Notes: generated by a model from the letters alone, not told the origin. Shown: positions 1 to 9,535, numbered from the stretch's first letter. The stretch: DNA of 64,000 nucleotides from an uncultured Gammaproteobacteria bacterium (GCA_963728995.1 CAVSMD010000008.1:50066-114065); one strand, 5' to 3'. Translations and numbers: made by a program.

Positions 1-166
1 CGAAATGCTCGCTCCAGGCCGTGGCGCGATTCTTCTCGTGGTGCATGCAGAACGGCACCACGGACCACCCTGCGGCCGCCAGCATCACGTTGTGCTGCAG
101 GAACAGCACCTCGGCGCCACCGCGAGCGTAGTAGTAGTTGTTGACGCTCAAGAGTGTGGCGCGCAC
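1..166 (-). CDS. glycosyltransferase family 4 protein, N-terminal part only (runs off left edge)
   Basis: Minus-strand translation from GTG 166 (alt. TTG 151) gives MRATLLSVNNYYYARGGAEVLFLQHNVMLAAAGWSVVPFCMHHEKN..., the NNYYYxRGGAE N-terminus typical of GT4 enzymes. It starts 4 nt after the stop of the upstream gene. Confidence 0.5.
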   Translation of the reverse strand, partial: MRATLLSVNNYYYARGGAEVLFLQHNVMLAAAGWSVVPFCMHHEKNRATAWSEHF

Positions 167-170
167 TGCG

Positions 171-1544
171 TCACCCCGTGCTGTCGAGCGCGACCGCGCC
201 GAGCGTATTGTCGGCGGCGATGGCATTGCGGACCGATCTTGCGCGCCGCGCGCGACGCGCGCGGCGCAGCTCCGCCACGCGGGCCGCGACTACCCCCGAG
301 TAAAACCACAAGGGGTAACCGATCTCGTTCATGGCGAAAATGCTCTTGTAGATCAAGGCGAAGATCATGATCAGCGTGACGCTGACCCAAATCTGGCCGA
401 GCAGGGCGTTGTCGCCGCTCGTCCGCGCCAGCGTGCGCGAGTCGTTGAGCACGAAATAGTAGAAAAGAAGGTAGATCAGGAGGCCGACGAAGCCGACCTG
501 CCACAGCAGGTTCGTGACCTGCGTCATGCCCACTCCGTACAGGTCGAAGTACCCCGAATACTGGCCATCGAATTGAGGCAGAAAGGATGGAGAGACGTTG
601 CCCGCACCGAGACCGAAAGCGGCCGTCAGCGGGTCGCGTGTGATCCCCTTCAGCGCAAACTCGAGGCTGTCGAATCTGCCGATGTAGTTGGCCCCGCGCT
701 CGGCCGCGCCCGAGTACAGGTAGTGCAAGTAGCTCGAGTCGCCGAAGAATTCCCCGATCGGTTCCTGGTGCGTGGTGGTGAATTGGATGAAGTAGTCGTA
801 AACGCCGATGAATACCACCATCGCGAGGGAACCGAGCAGTGCTAGCGGCAGAAGCCGGCCGGCGGTTCGGCTGCCACGCGGCATGAACAGGGCAGGCGCG
901 ATCACGGCAACCGGCAGCAGCAGAAAGGTTGCCTTCGTCTCGTTCAGAGTCGTTGGCAAAAACAGCAGGGCCGCCAGGACGAAAAGCACGCCCAGGCGGA
1001 TTTTGCCGCGCAGGTACAGGCTGACGACCGCCGCCATGGCGCACATCAGCAGCATGCTGAGAGCGCTCGACGTCGTTGCCGTGCCGCGAACCGGATCGCC
1101 GGTCTGCATGAGGTGCGCGTATTCGACGAAGCGCTGGTACAGCGCGAGCGGGGCTTGAAAAACGAGCATCGTCATCAAGACGAGAAATTGCGTCCGCAGC
1201 TGTTTCGCCGAGAACGGGAACACCATCGGCAGCAGGAAGAATGGGGCGAACTTCAAATGGGCTCGGATGCCGGCGATGATCGGTCCCGTCGGTTCGCCTT
1301 GAATGACGAACCCGAGCACTATCGTGATCAGGAGTCCTATCAGGAAGACCGTGTAGCGGCCGTCGAGGGGGAGGCGAGCGCCGGCCATCAGGCGCGCAAC
1401 GACGACGACGGTGGCAATCGCGGAGAGGAGCTCGGGCAGCAGGATCAGGTAGGGGAGGAAACCACGCTCGTGCACGAGGTAGTCGACGGAAAGCGACGCC
1501 ACGAAAACGCTGATGACGAGCGCGTTAGTCATCGGTAGGAGCAC
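171..1544 (-). CDS. polytopic membrane protein, Wzy-type polysaccharide polymerase / O-antigen-ligase-like
   Basis: 457-aa ORF with about 10 hydrophobic segments and one large loop. It sits between glycosyltransferases. Function is inferred from context and topology only. Confidence 0.5.
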   Translation of the reverse strand: MLLPMTNALVISVFVASLSVDYLVHERGFLPYLILLPELLSAIATVVVVARLMAGARLPLDGRYTVFLIGLLITIVLGFVIQGEPTGPIIAGIRAHLKFAPFFLLPMVFPFSAKQLRTQFLVLMTMLVFQAPLALYQRFVEYAHLMQTGDPVRGTATTSSALSMLLMCAMAAVVSLYLRGKIRLGVLFVLAALLFLPTTLNETKATFLLLPVAVIAPALFMPRGSRTAGRLLPLALLGSLAMVVFIGVYDYFIQFTTTHQEPIGEFFGDSSYLHYLYSGAAERGANYIGRFDSLEFALKGITRDPLTAAFGLGAGNVSPSFLPQFDGQYSGYFDLYGVGMTQVTNLLWQVGFVGLLIYLLFYYFVLNDSRTLARTSGDNALLGQIWVSVTLIMIFALIYKSIFAMNEIGYPLWFYSGVVAARVAELRRARRARRARSVRNAIAADNTLGAVALDSTG

Positions 1545-2859
1545 CTTTCGAACGGCGCGAGAGCGGGCGTCGCTCGAACAGGTAGCGGAGCGAAGGACCT
1601 TGCGTGCCGCTCGAGATCAGCCGGCTACGCAGCACTTCGCGGTACGTGCGGATGACCAAATCAGTCATCACCGAGTGTGTGCGCTGACTCTGAACGAAGT
1701 GTCGGCCCGCGGTGCCCATGGCGGTCGCAGTGGAGGGATTCGAGAGCACGGACGTGATGGCGTCCGCGAACTCCGCGTCGCTCCAGCCGCAGAGCAGCCC
1801 GCAGCCGCTGCGCTCCACCACGTCGGACTGCTCGGGATGCACGTTCGCGACTACGGCTTTGCCCAGGGCCATGTACTCGACGAGCTTCGTCGGCGACGTT
1901 GACCTCAAGATCGCGGTCGGATAGTACGGCGATACACATACGCCGGCCGCTCGAACGAGCTCCCACGCGATTTGCATGGGCAGCCAGCCCGTGATCGTCA
2001 CCGCGTTAGCCAGACCCAGTCTCTCTGCCTCGGCGCGCAGCAATTTCTCGTCTTCCGGGTTCTCGCCGCGGCCGACGAAGAGAAGCTCCGCCTCGGGGAT
2101 GCGAGTGCGGACCAGACCGATCGCGCGGATCAGAATGTCGAGCTGGCGTTCCCGCAGCAGGGTCCCGAGATATACGACGGTATTCGGTCGCGGCGGTCCG
2201 CTTCCGGCCACCGCATCGATGGCAGCCAAGTTGACGGAGCTCGGCACCGGCGTCATCTTCGAGGCCGGAATGCCCTCGGCGGCGATGTCCTTGCGCATTT
2301 GCTCGCTCTGCACGAAGACGTGATCGCACGCAGGAAGGATGATTCGGTACAAAAGCCAGCGCTGAAGCCGACCGCGCAGCGCGTAGAAGAGGGCATAGCG
2401 TGCGACGCCACGCGACGCCGCGTACGATGACGCCTCGCCGTGCGGGTACGCTAGCCAGAAGAACACCGGCAGGCGATGCATTTTGGCTGCGACGATCGCA
2501 ACGATGGCGCCGAGGTACTTGTCCTTGATTTGGACGAGGGAATATTCGTGATCCCGCAGAAGTCGAAAAATCGTCAGATCGTTGCGAAAATCGGCCCAGT
2601 GCTTCTTCAGCCGCGCAAGGCGTCCCGACTCTTCGTTCGTGGGTGCGACGAACGCAACGCCTCTTCCGCAGATGTGGGCGCCACCTTTCGTGCTGGAGTC
2701 CGCGGCCTGGATCAGCCAGTCGACATCGTGACCCGCTGCCGGTATGCCCTCGGCGAAAATCGCTTTCGCCGCCGGGCGAAACGGCGGGAATTTGTCGGAG
2801 GTGACGAACAGTATCCGCAGACGCGTACCTCGGCGGGCGAGCATGTCGTCATCCGCCAT
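1525..2859 (-). CDS. glycosyltransferase family 4 (GT1-fold)
   Basis: LRILFVTSDKFPP N-terminus, and a C-terminal half with VSPYYPTAILRSTSPTKLVEYMALGKAVVA (the E-x7-E region). The internal ATG at 2859 (MADDDML) is preferred over ORF-track start 2979. Confidence 0.8.
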   Translation of the reverse strand: MADDDMLARRGTRLRILFVTSDKFPPFRPAAKAIFAEGIPAAGHDVDWLIQAADSSTKGGAHICGRGVAFVAPTNEESGRLARLKKHWADFRNDLTIFRLLRDHEYSLVQIKDKYLGAIVAIVAAKMHRLPVFFWLAYPHGEASSYAASRGVARYALFYALRGRLQRWLLYRIILPACDHVFVQSEQMRKDIAAEGIPASKMTPVPSSVNLAAIDAVAGSGPPRPNTVVYLGTLLRERQLDILIRAIGLVRTRIPEAELLFVGRGENPEDEKLLRAEAERLGLANAVTITGWLPMQIAWELVRAAGVCVSPYYPTAILRSTSPTKLVEYMALGKAVVANVHPEQSDVVERSGCGLLCGWSDAEFADAITSVLSNPSTATAMGTAGRHFVQSQRTHSVMTDLVIRTYREVLRSRLISSGTQGPSLRYLFERRPLSRRSKGAPTDD

Positions 2860-3665
2860 GGGCGAGCCCTTGCGAGGAACGCAGATCGCGAGCGCTCTGA
2901 TACAGGTCGAGACACACCTCGTTGACTCGCGAAATCTGCCACGCCGCGAGACGGTCGCCTCGCCGAACGCTGCGGCCATGCAGCTGTTGCACCAGTCGCC
3001 GCTCGAAGGGGACTTGCGCGAACTCCGTGACGGCGCGTACGGTCAGACTCCGGGTCCGACACGAGGTCGTCGTAATCGATGATGAGCATTCGCTCGCCCA
3101 GCTGGCGATACAAGGCGAATGTCTGCTCCGTCTTTGCAATGTAGGAGGCGCACGCCTTCTCTATGCGGGAGGGTCCGCGCCAGCGATCGTAGCTCCAGGC
3201 GCCGCGCCGGAGGTCGTCGAATCGGTGGGTCCCGCACGCATCGTAGAGACGATCGAGGGCGGCGCGCCGCCAGTTGTGCAGCATGGAGTAGATGACGGAT
3301 CGCGGTTCCCGTAGTACCCAGATCAACCGGAACGAGTCGTGCAGGAAATATTCTGGAAAGCGATCGTTCAGATAGGTGGTCTGGAAGCAGTGCCTGCCGA
3401 CCGTGAAGCGCGCGACGTGCCCGGCCAGCAACAGAGCTCCGTCGAGCTCGCTGTCCTCCCCGAACGCGTAATCGGCCATTCCTTGCGCGCGGCAGAGCAG
3501 GTGGGTGAGAGCGGTCGTACCCGAGCGCTGGCAACCCGCCACGAGCACTGTGTCGCCGAAGTCGTCGAGATTTGCCAAAAGCTCTCTGCCCGGTAGCTTG
3601 ACCAAACGGTGAAAGTCGGCCCAGGTATCGATCGGCCTGGCAGGCCAGATGAGTTCTCGTTCCAC
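2849..3665 (-). pseudogene. sulfotransferase family protein with an apparent +1 frame break near 3050
   Basis: The N-part (frame of ORF 2712..3761) has VLVAGCQRSGTT (PAPS 5'-PSB P-loop) and runs to ...LIIDYDDLVSDPE. The sensible continuation SLTVRAVTEFAQVPFERRLVQQL... is in the frame of ORF 2849..3139, while the original frame becomes Arg-rich junk. Start GTG 3665 lies right after the upstream stop. Confidence 0.55.
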
Positions 3666-3667
3666 GC

Positions 3668-4654
3668 TTACTCCAGCATTCGGTAGCCAAGTTTTCGATT
3701 CAGCGCTCCGGCGTGCCTCTCGAAGTAGGCGACGTCCGCAGGAGAAAGCGCGTTCCGCCATGTGTCGTCGAGTCGAATCGTCGTACGCCGCGCGAGCCGC
3801 ATGTCATTGCCATTCGCCACGTGATGCGCTCGTGAGCGGAAGTCCAGCATTCGGCTGTCGAACCTCAAGCCGATGAATCGGCAGATGCGTTGCAATTCCC
3901 ATGCCGGGTCCTCCGCTACGTCTTCGTAGCGCACGCGAAGCAGGTCGCCCGGTCGGGTGACGCGACTCAGCAAAGGCTCCGCTCGCTGGTACGTCCGTCG
4001 CCAAGCATCGAGTGCGACGCGGCGCGTCCGGCCGCGCTTGAGGCCGGAATAGAACACGGCGCGCCCGTCGCGGACGAGCAGCAGGATCTTGGTCCGTCGC
4101 GGCGCCGCGAGATACAAAGCCGCGGCTTCGAGGTAGTGCTTGGACGAATCGACCATCAGCAACCGTGACTGAAGCCGACCGACGACATCGAACAACAGCC
4201 ACTTGTTGTGCGCGGCCCGCGCTAGAGGCCGTGAAAACGGCGCCAACGGCCGTATGTTCCAGAGGCAGTGGGCGTAGGCCCCGGCATAGACGATCCTGCG
4301 TAGCAGACGGCGCAGCGTGGTCTGCCGTGCGCTATCGATCACGGTTCCCGCCTCGAACATGCCGAGGTTGAGCACGTAAGGATCCTCGCGAATTCGACGA
4401 AATGAATCGAATGTCGCGAGCTCGTCGACGACTGTTGCCCAAAGGGGACAGTCACGAATGGGCGCCCCGCAGCTGCATAGCGTATTCAGGGCCAGGTTCT
4501 TGGGTAACTGCGTGATTTCGCCGAGCGCCATCGCGACCGGGTGAGACCCAATCAGCAAATCGAGCAACGTCGAGCCCGAATGACCCGCCGAGCAGATGAA
4601 TACTGCGTCGGCCGGAACGTCGTACTTCGTCGTTGACGCTCGTGCAGCGCTCAT
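3668..4654 (-). CDS. sulfotransferase family protein
   Basis: FICSAGHSGSTLLDLLIGSHP P-loop-like PAPS motif, a Cys cluster LCSCGAPIRDCPLW, and KILLLVRDGRAVFYS (3'-PB-like). Confidence 0.75.
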   Translation of the reverse strand: MSAARASTTKYDVPADAVFICSAGHSGSTLLDLLIGSHPVAMALGEITQLPKNLALNTLCSCGAPIRDCPLWATVVDELATFDSFRRIREDPYVLNLGMFEAGTVIDSARQTTLRRLLRRIVYAGAYAHCLWNIRPLAPFSRPLARAAHNKWLLFDVVGRLQSRLLMVDSSKHYLEAAALYLAAPRRTKILLLVRDGRAVFYSGLKRGRTRRVALDAWRRTYQRAEPLLSRVTRPGDLLRVRYEDVAEDPAWELQRICRFIGLRFDSRMLDFRSRAHHVANGNDMRLARRTTIRLDDTWRNALSPADVAYFERHAGALNRKLGYRMLE

Positions 4655-4747
4655 GCAGACTCCAAAATAGTCGGTGCATTGACGTGATAGCGCTGTGCGA
4701 TGGATTCGCGCAACGTGTTGCCGATCTCACACAGGGAGGGGTAAGCC

Positions 4748-6245
4748 GTGCGATCGCAAGGACTGCTGCACGTCCTGGTTCAGATAGTCACGCTCTCGAC
4801 GACCTTCTGTTGCCACGCTGCCACCTATTTCGTTCGCAGCGACGGCGACGATCAGCGCGACGGCTTGTCGCACGACACCGCCTGGCGAACGCTGGCCAAG
4901 GTCAACTCATATCCGTTTCACACGAGCGACCGCGTGCTGTTCTACGAGGGCAATGTCTGGCCCGGTCAACTCATCGTCCATTGGGCCGGCACAGCCGATA
5001 GCCCGGTCATCGTTGGCGCTTACCACCTGGAGGAAGGAGTACCGGTGCGCGGCTTCCGCTCCAGGCGGCCGGTCATCGATGGCCAGGACAAAGTGCCGGA
5101 GAGCCTCGACGGCTTGGTACGAATCCGAAAGATGGCCTACGTGCAGATCGAGGATCTCGCAGTCGTGAACTCCGAAGGCCGCGGCATCCAGTTCGAGGAC
5201 TCCGACCATGGCGTCGCCGTCGATTGCGAGACGAGTAATTCTTACAAGGGCGGCATCAAATTCATTCGCTCGGATCACGCCCTCGTCGAGCGGAACTCGG
5301 TGGCCCTTGCCGGTCTGGCTCTACCGGAGGACAACGCCGTGTGGGGCGGCGCCATCGAGCTCGTGGCGTCGGACGACGGCAGGGTGCGGAACAACGATGT
5401 GGCGGAGGTATACGGCGAGGGCATCAACCTGAATCACGGGTCCGCGCGCGGCGTGGTCGAGGGCAACCGAGTCTTCGCCGCCCGCTCGGCGGGCATCTAT
5501 CTCGACGCTGCGCCGGACGCGACCGTTCGAAGAAACCTCGTCCAGGGGACGTCGAACACGGAATTTTGGCGTACGACGCGTTCCGTCGGCGCCGGCATCG
5601 TGCTGAACAACGAGTCTTATCACTATGCCGTGAATGGCGGCGAGCTGGCAGCCAACGTCCAGTCGCGCGGCGCGAAAGTCTACGGAAACTTGGTGGCCGG
5701 CACCAACACGGGGTTCGGCTTCTGGGGACAGTTCGACCAATCGACGTTCGACGACGTCCTGGTTTTCAACAACACGTTCGTCGACAACGAAACCCAACTG
5801 ACGCTGCGCGACAAGCCGAAAGCTGGCGTCGAGATTCGTCAACAACGTACTGCTCAGCATCAGCCCAGGGATGCGCGACGTGGATGGGACGACTCTGTAC
5901 GGCCTGACCGTCGAGTCGAACTACCTGAGCCAAGGTAACCCGGGCGGAGAGCTCGGCAGCGCGAAGAACCTGTATCAAGGGCTCGTGCTCAAGCGCATGT
6001 CGGGCTGGCGCTCAGGTGCCACTCCGGGTGCACTTACATGGCGGGACTTCGAGCTTGCGCCGAGCTGCGCCGTGATCGGTGCGGGCGACGGCGCGCCGCT
6101 GACGATGTCGCAGGGCGACAACACTTATGGGCTCGATTTCAACGCATTGCCTTACAACAAGGCCATGGATCTAGGTGCGTTGCATTTCTCGACGGTGCCG
6201 ATCAAGACACCCAAAAAACCGGCTCATCCGCGCGCGACTCCGTAG
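4748..6245 (+). pseudogene. secreted right-handed parallel beta-helix repeat protein (putative glycanase/lyase) with an apparent +1 frame break at about 5802-5835
   Basis: Signal peptide followed by ATYFVRSDGDDQRDGLSHDTAWRTL, the typical beta-helix family start, then repeated N-x-V/I-x-G motifs. After ...FVDNETQLTLRDKPK the frame degenerates. The continuation (L)ASRFVNNVLLSISPGMRDVDGTTLYGLTVESNYL... is in the frame of ORF 5871..6245, which is open from 5802. Confidence 0.55.
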
Positions 6246-6354
6246 CGAGCGCTGCGCGTCGCGTCGGCGCTACAGTCTCTCGACCACAGGTGGCACACCG
6301 CTTGCATCGTCGCTGTCGCGCCGCGCACACGGGCGCGATAACAGTAGCGGTGTC

Positions 6355-7771
6355 GTGTACTCGAAGACGAGCATACAACTGACCTTGCTGGCAGCCGTCC
6401 GCGGCGTGCTACCTGCGCTCGTGTCGACCACGGTCCTGCTGTTGTCGACACGCGTGCTCGGCATCCGCTTCGCAGGTCCCTACGTGGCCCTCGCGCTGGT
6501 CTCTGCGCTCTTGTGCTGGATAGGCATGGGCAGAGATCAACAGGATCGAATCGCCATTCCCACGCGAGTCCTCGCGTCTGCCGGCCAGCTCCTGCTCGAA
6601 TGGTTTGCGGTCGTCGCCACGTTGCTGTTGATCGGCTACGCGACCAAGACATCCGCCAGCTTCTCCAGGCGCGCTCTGTTCCTGTGGTTCGTGGCCACGC
6701 CGGTCCCCATGATTGCGGCGCTGGCGATCGTCCATTCCTGGACGCGAGCCATCGTGGCCGCGTCGCGAAATCTGGGTCGAGTCGTAATCGTCGGTCAGAA
6801 CCGCATGAGTGCGAAGATCGCCGAAGTCATTGCGAATCGTCCCGAGCTCGGATTGTCGCTCGAGCGCCTGTTCGAGACGCACGAGCGCGAATGCCCGGTG
6901 CGGAGAGCCTTCGCACGTGCACGACGCAGCGATGGCGCAGATGCGCCGGCGCGACGCGCAAACCGTGCGCGATTATGTCAACCGAAGGCATGTCGACGTC
7001 GTGTTCATTGCCCTGCCCGTGGAGAGTGAAACCACGCGCGCGATTCTGGATGAGCTCAGAGACACCACATCGTCGGTCTACTTGGTGCCCGACATTTCCA
7101 TCTACGACGTCATTCAGGCGCGGAGCGACCAGATAGAAGGGATTCCGGTAATCGCGCTGTGCGAATCGCCTCTGCACGGAATGCACGGACTCTCCAAGCG
7201 CCTCACGGACATCGTCATATCGCTCCTGCTGCTCGCCTTCAGCGTGCCGGCCGCGCTGCTGATCGCCCTTGCGATCAAAGCCACCTCGCGGGGCCCCATC
7301 ATATTCAGGCAGCACCGGTACGGCCTGTACGGCGACAGAATCACCGTCTACAAGTTTCGAACGATGACCGTGACAGAGAACGGCAGTGAGGTGCTGCAGG
7401 CTCAACGAGACGATCCGCGGGTGACGACGGTGGGCCGCTTTCTTCGCAGGAGCTCGCTCGATGAGTTGCCGCAGCTCATCAACGTTCTTCGCGGCGACAT
7501 GAGTCTGGTTGGGCCGCGGCCGCATGCCGTGGCGCACAACGAGCAGTATCGCAAGCTGATAAGCGGGTACATGGTACGACACAAAGTCGTGCCCGGAATC
7601 ACTGGCCTGGCACAAGTGAACGGCTGCCGAGGCGAGACGCGAACTGTGGAGGAGATGCGGCGGCGGATCGAATACGACCTGGAATATCTGCGCCGCTGGT
7701 GCTGGTTGCTGGACGTGAAAATACTGTTCAAGACAATCGTGCTTCTGATTCGCGATAAGCACGCGTACTGA
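6355..7771 (+). pseudogene. undecaprenyl-phosphate hexose-1-phosphate transferase (WcaJ/WbaP-type initiating enzyme) with an apparent +1 frame break at about 6860-6945
   Basis: The N-terminal TM block and VVIVGQNRMSAKIAEVIANRPELGL are in the frame of ORF 6175..7029. VDVVFIALP... and the sugar-transferase domain ([44 protein letters not shown]) are in the frame of ORF 6809..7771. The combined length of about 472 aa is typical for this family. Confidence 0.7.
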
Positions 7772-8037
7772 TGCCGAGCGTCCGTTGGGCCGCGTCGATA
7801 CCGATCGCGTGCTCGTCATTACCAACGCGTTGTAAGTTTTTCCGCTGCGATGGCGTGCGCGGCGTTGTAATACCTGCAATTCATGTAGGCAAACGGCGAC
7901 ACGTACCGCGCCGTTGCAAGCGTGGTTTAAATTACCCACGCAATATGTGGATATCGGCACGACCCATGCATTTCAGCGATCGGTAGTGTCGCCAAGGGCA
8001 CGATTCGAGTGGTGCCATTAAACAACGGGAGTGGTAT

Positions 8038-9441
8038 ATGGACAGTAACGCTAATGCCAGCGCTGCGGCGGGTTGGTATCACAAGGTACTGTTGGTAGAC
8101 GACGATCCCAGCCTGTTACGCGTGCTCGCAATTCGTCTGCGGCACGACGGCTATCAGGTGGAAGTCACGAGCGACGGTAGAAGCGCGCTCGCTGCTCTGC
8201 CGTCGTTTCGACCGCACGTCGTAGTCACGGACATGCGCATGGACGGCATGGATGGCCTGACGTTATTCGATGCCATCCGAGCGCGTGAACCCACCACGCC
8301 GGTCATCGTGCTGACGGCACACGGCAATATTCCCGATGCCGTAGAGGCCACGCAACGCGGAGTGTTCGCTTATCTCACCAAGCCGTTCGACCGACAGCAG
8401 CTGATATCGACGATCGAACGAGCATCGAATCTGTTCTGCACTCGCACCCCCCCGCAGAACGCAGACGAGGACTGGCGGGCCGAGATCGTGTCGCAAGGGT
8501 CGGCCATGGAGGGGCTCTTGCGCGAAGCCTGGAGCGTCTCGCAAACGGATGCGAGCGTCATGATCCGCGGGGAAAGCGGTACAGGTAAGGAGTTGCTTGC
8601 GCGTGCCGTGCATAGGGCCAGTCGGCGCGCCGGTAAATCCTTGGTGCCGGTGAATTGCACCGCGATCCCGGAGGCGCTATTCGAGGCGGAGCTCTTCGGT
8701 CACGAGAAAGGATCGTTCACCGGCGCCACGCAGTCCCGGGAGGGACTCATTCGCGCGGCTCACGAGGGCACGCTCTTTCTCGACGAGATCGGCGACATGC
8801 CTCTACCGTTCCAGGCCAAGCTGCTGCGCATGCTGCAAGAGCGCGAGATCCGTGCCGTGGGCTCGGTCAAACCCTCACGTGTGGATGTTCGCGTCATCTC
8901 TGCGACGCACCAAGATCTCGAAGAAGCCGTGGCGAGCAAGACGTTTCGGCACGATTTGTATTACCGACTGAATGTCGTCACGCTCGAAATTCCGCCGCTG
9001 GCGAAGCGACGCGAAGACATCCCGTTGCTGGTCGAGCATTTTCTACGGAATGCCGGAGCGCAGATGCACAATCCGGCGATCAACGTCCGAGGATTCTCCA
9101 AAGAGGCCATGGAGATCCTCATGACGGCGAGCTGGCCGGGCAATATTCGGCAGTTGCGCAACGTCGTCGACCAATGCATCGCCCTCGCCACGACCCAAGT
9201 GATTCCTTCGAACCTGGTGGAGCGGTCCTTGCGCTCGAACGAGCGGCCGCTGCTGTCGTTTGCGGTTGCGAGGGATCGGTTCGAGTTCGACTATTTGTCC
9301 CGCCTGCTGGAGATGACGAGCGGCAACGTCGCGCAGGCCGCTCGGCTCGCCGAGAGAAATAGGTCCGAGTTCTACAAGTTGCTGCGTCGCCATGCGCTGG
9401 AGCCAGAACTATTTCGTAGAGGCGAGTCGGGAGCAGCGTAG
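8038..9441 (+). CDS. sigma-54-dependent response regulator (NtrC family: REC + AAA+ + HTH)
   Basis: VLLVDDDP...DMRMDGMDG receiver domain, GESGTGKE Walker A, the GAFTGA-like loop EKGSFTGA, and a C-terminal Fis-type HTH. GGGAGTGG Shine-Dalgarno (SD, ribosome-binding) sequence before the ATG. Confidence 0.9.
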   Translation: MDSNANASAAAGWYHKVLLVDDDPSLLRVLAIRLRHDGYQVEVTSDGRSALAALPSFRPHVVVTDMRMDGMDGLTLFDAIRAREPTTPVIVLTAHGNIPDAVEATQRGVFAYLTKPFDRQQLISTIERASNLFCTRTPPQNADEDWRAEIVSQGSAMEGLLREAWSVSQTDASVMIRGESGTGKELLARAVHRASRRAGKSLVPVNCTAIPEALFEAELFGHEKGSFTGATQSREGLIRAAHEGTLFLDEIGDMPLPFQAKLLRMLQEREIRAVGSVKPSRVDVRVISATHQDLEEAVASKTFRHDLYYRLNVVTLEIPPLAKRREDIPLLVEHFLRNAGAQMHNPAINVRGFSKEAMEILMTASWPGNIRQLRNVVDQCIALATTQVIPSNLVERSLRSNERPLLSFAVARDRFEFDYLSRLLEMTSGNVAQAARLAERNRSEFYKLLRRHALEPELFRRGESGAA

Positions 9442-9535
9442 AAAACCCCGCGGGCCGCGGCGGATGCGGCGGCCCTGAGAGGCGTAGAAGGGTGGTCCCG
9501 CCACACTCGGCCCGCCTGAACCAGAGGGACATGCC

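Noticed and set aside
2712-2848. C-terminal tail of ORF 2712..3761 as a genuine part of the sulfotransferase.
   Set aside because: The tail is Arg/Ser-rich nonsense overlapping the GT4 start by 147 nt. A homologous-looking C-terminus exists in the +1 frame.
7997-8016. Sigma54 promoter (GGCACG...) in front of the response regulator. A second candidate is TGGCAGGCTGCC at about 30110 in the rhombosortase/gspG gap.
   Set aside because: The -24 GG is present, but the -12 TTGC/GC element is missing at the required 10-11 nt spacing in both cases.
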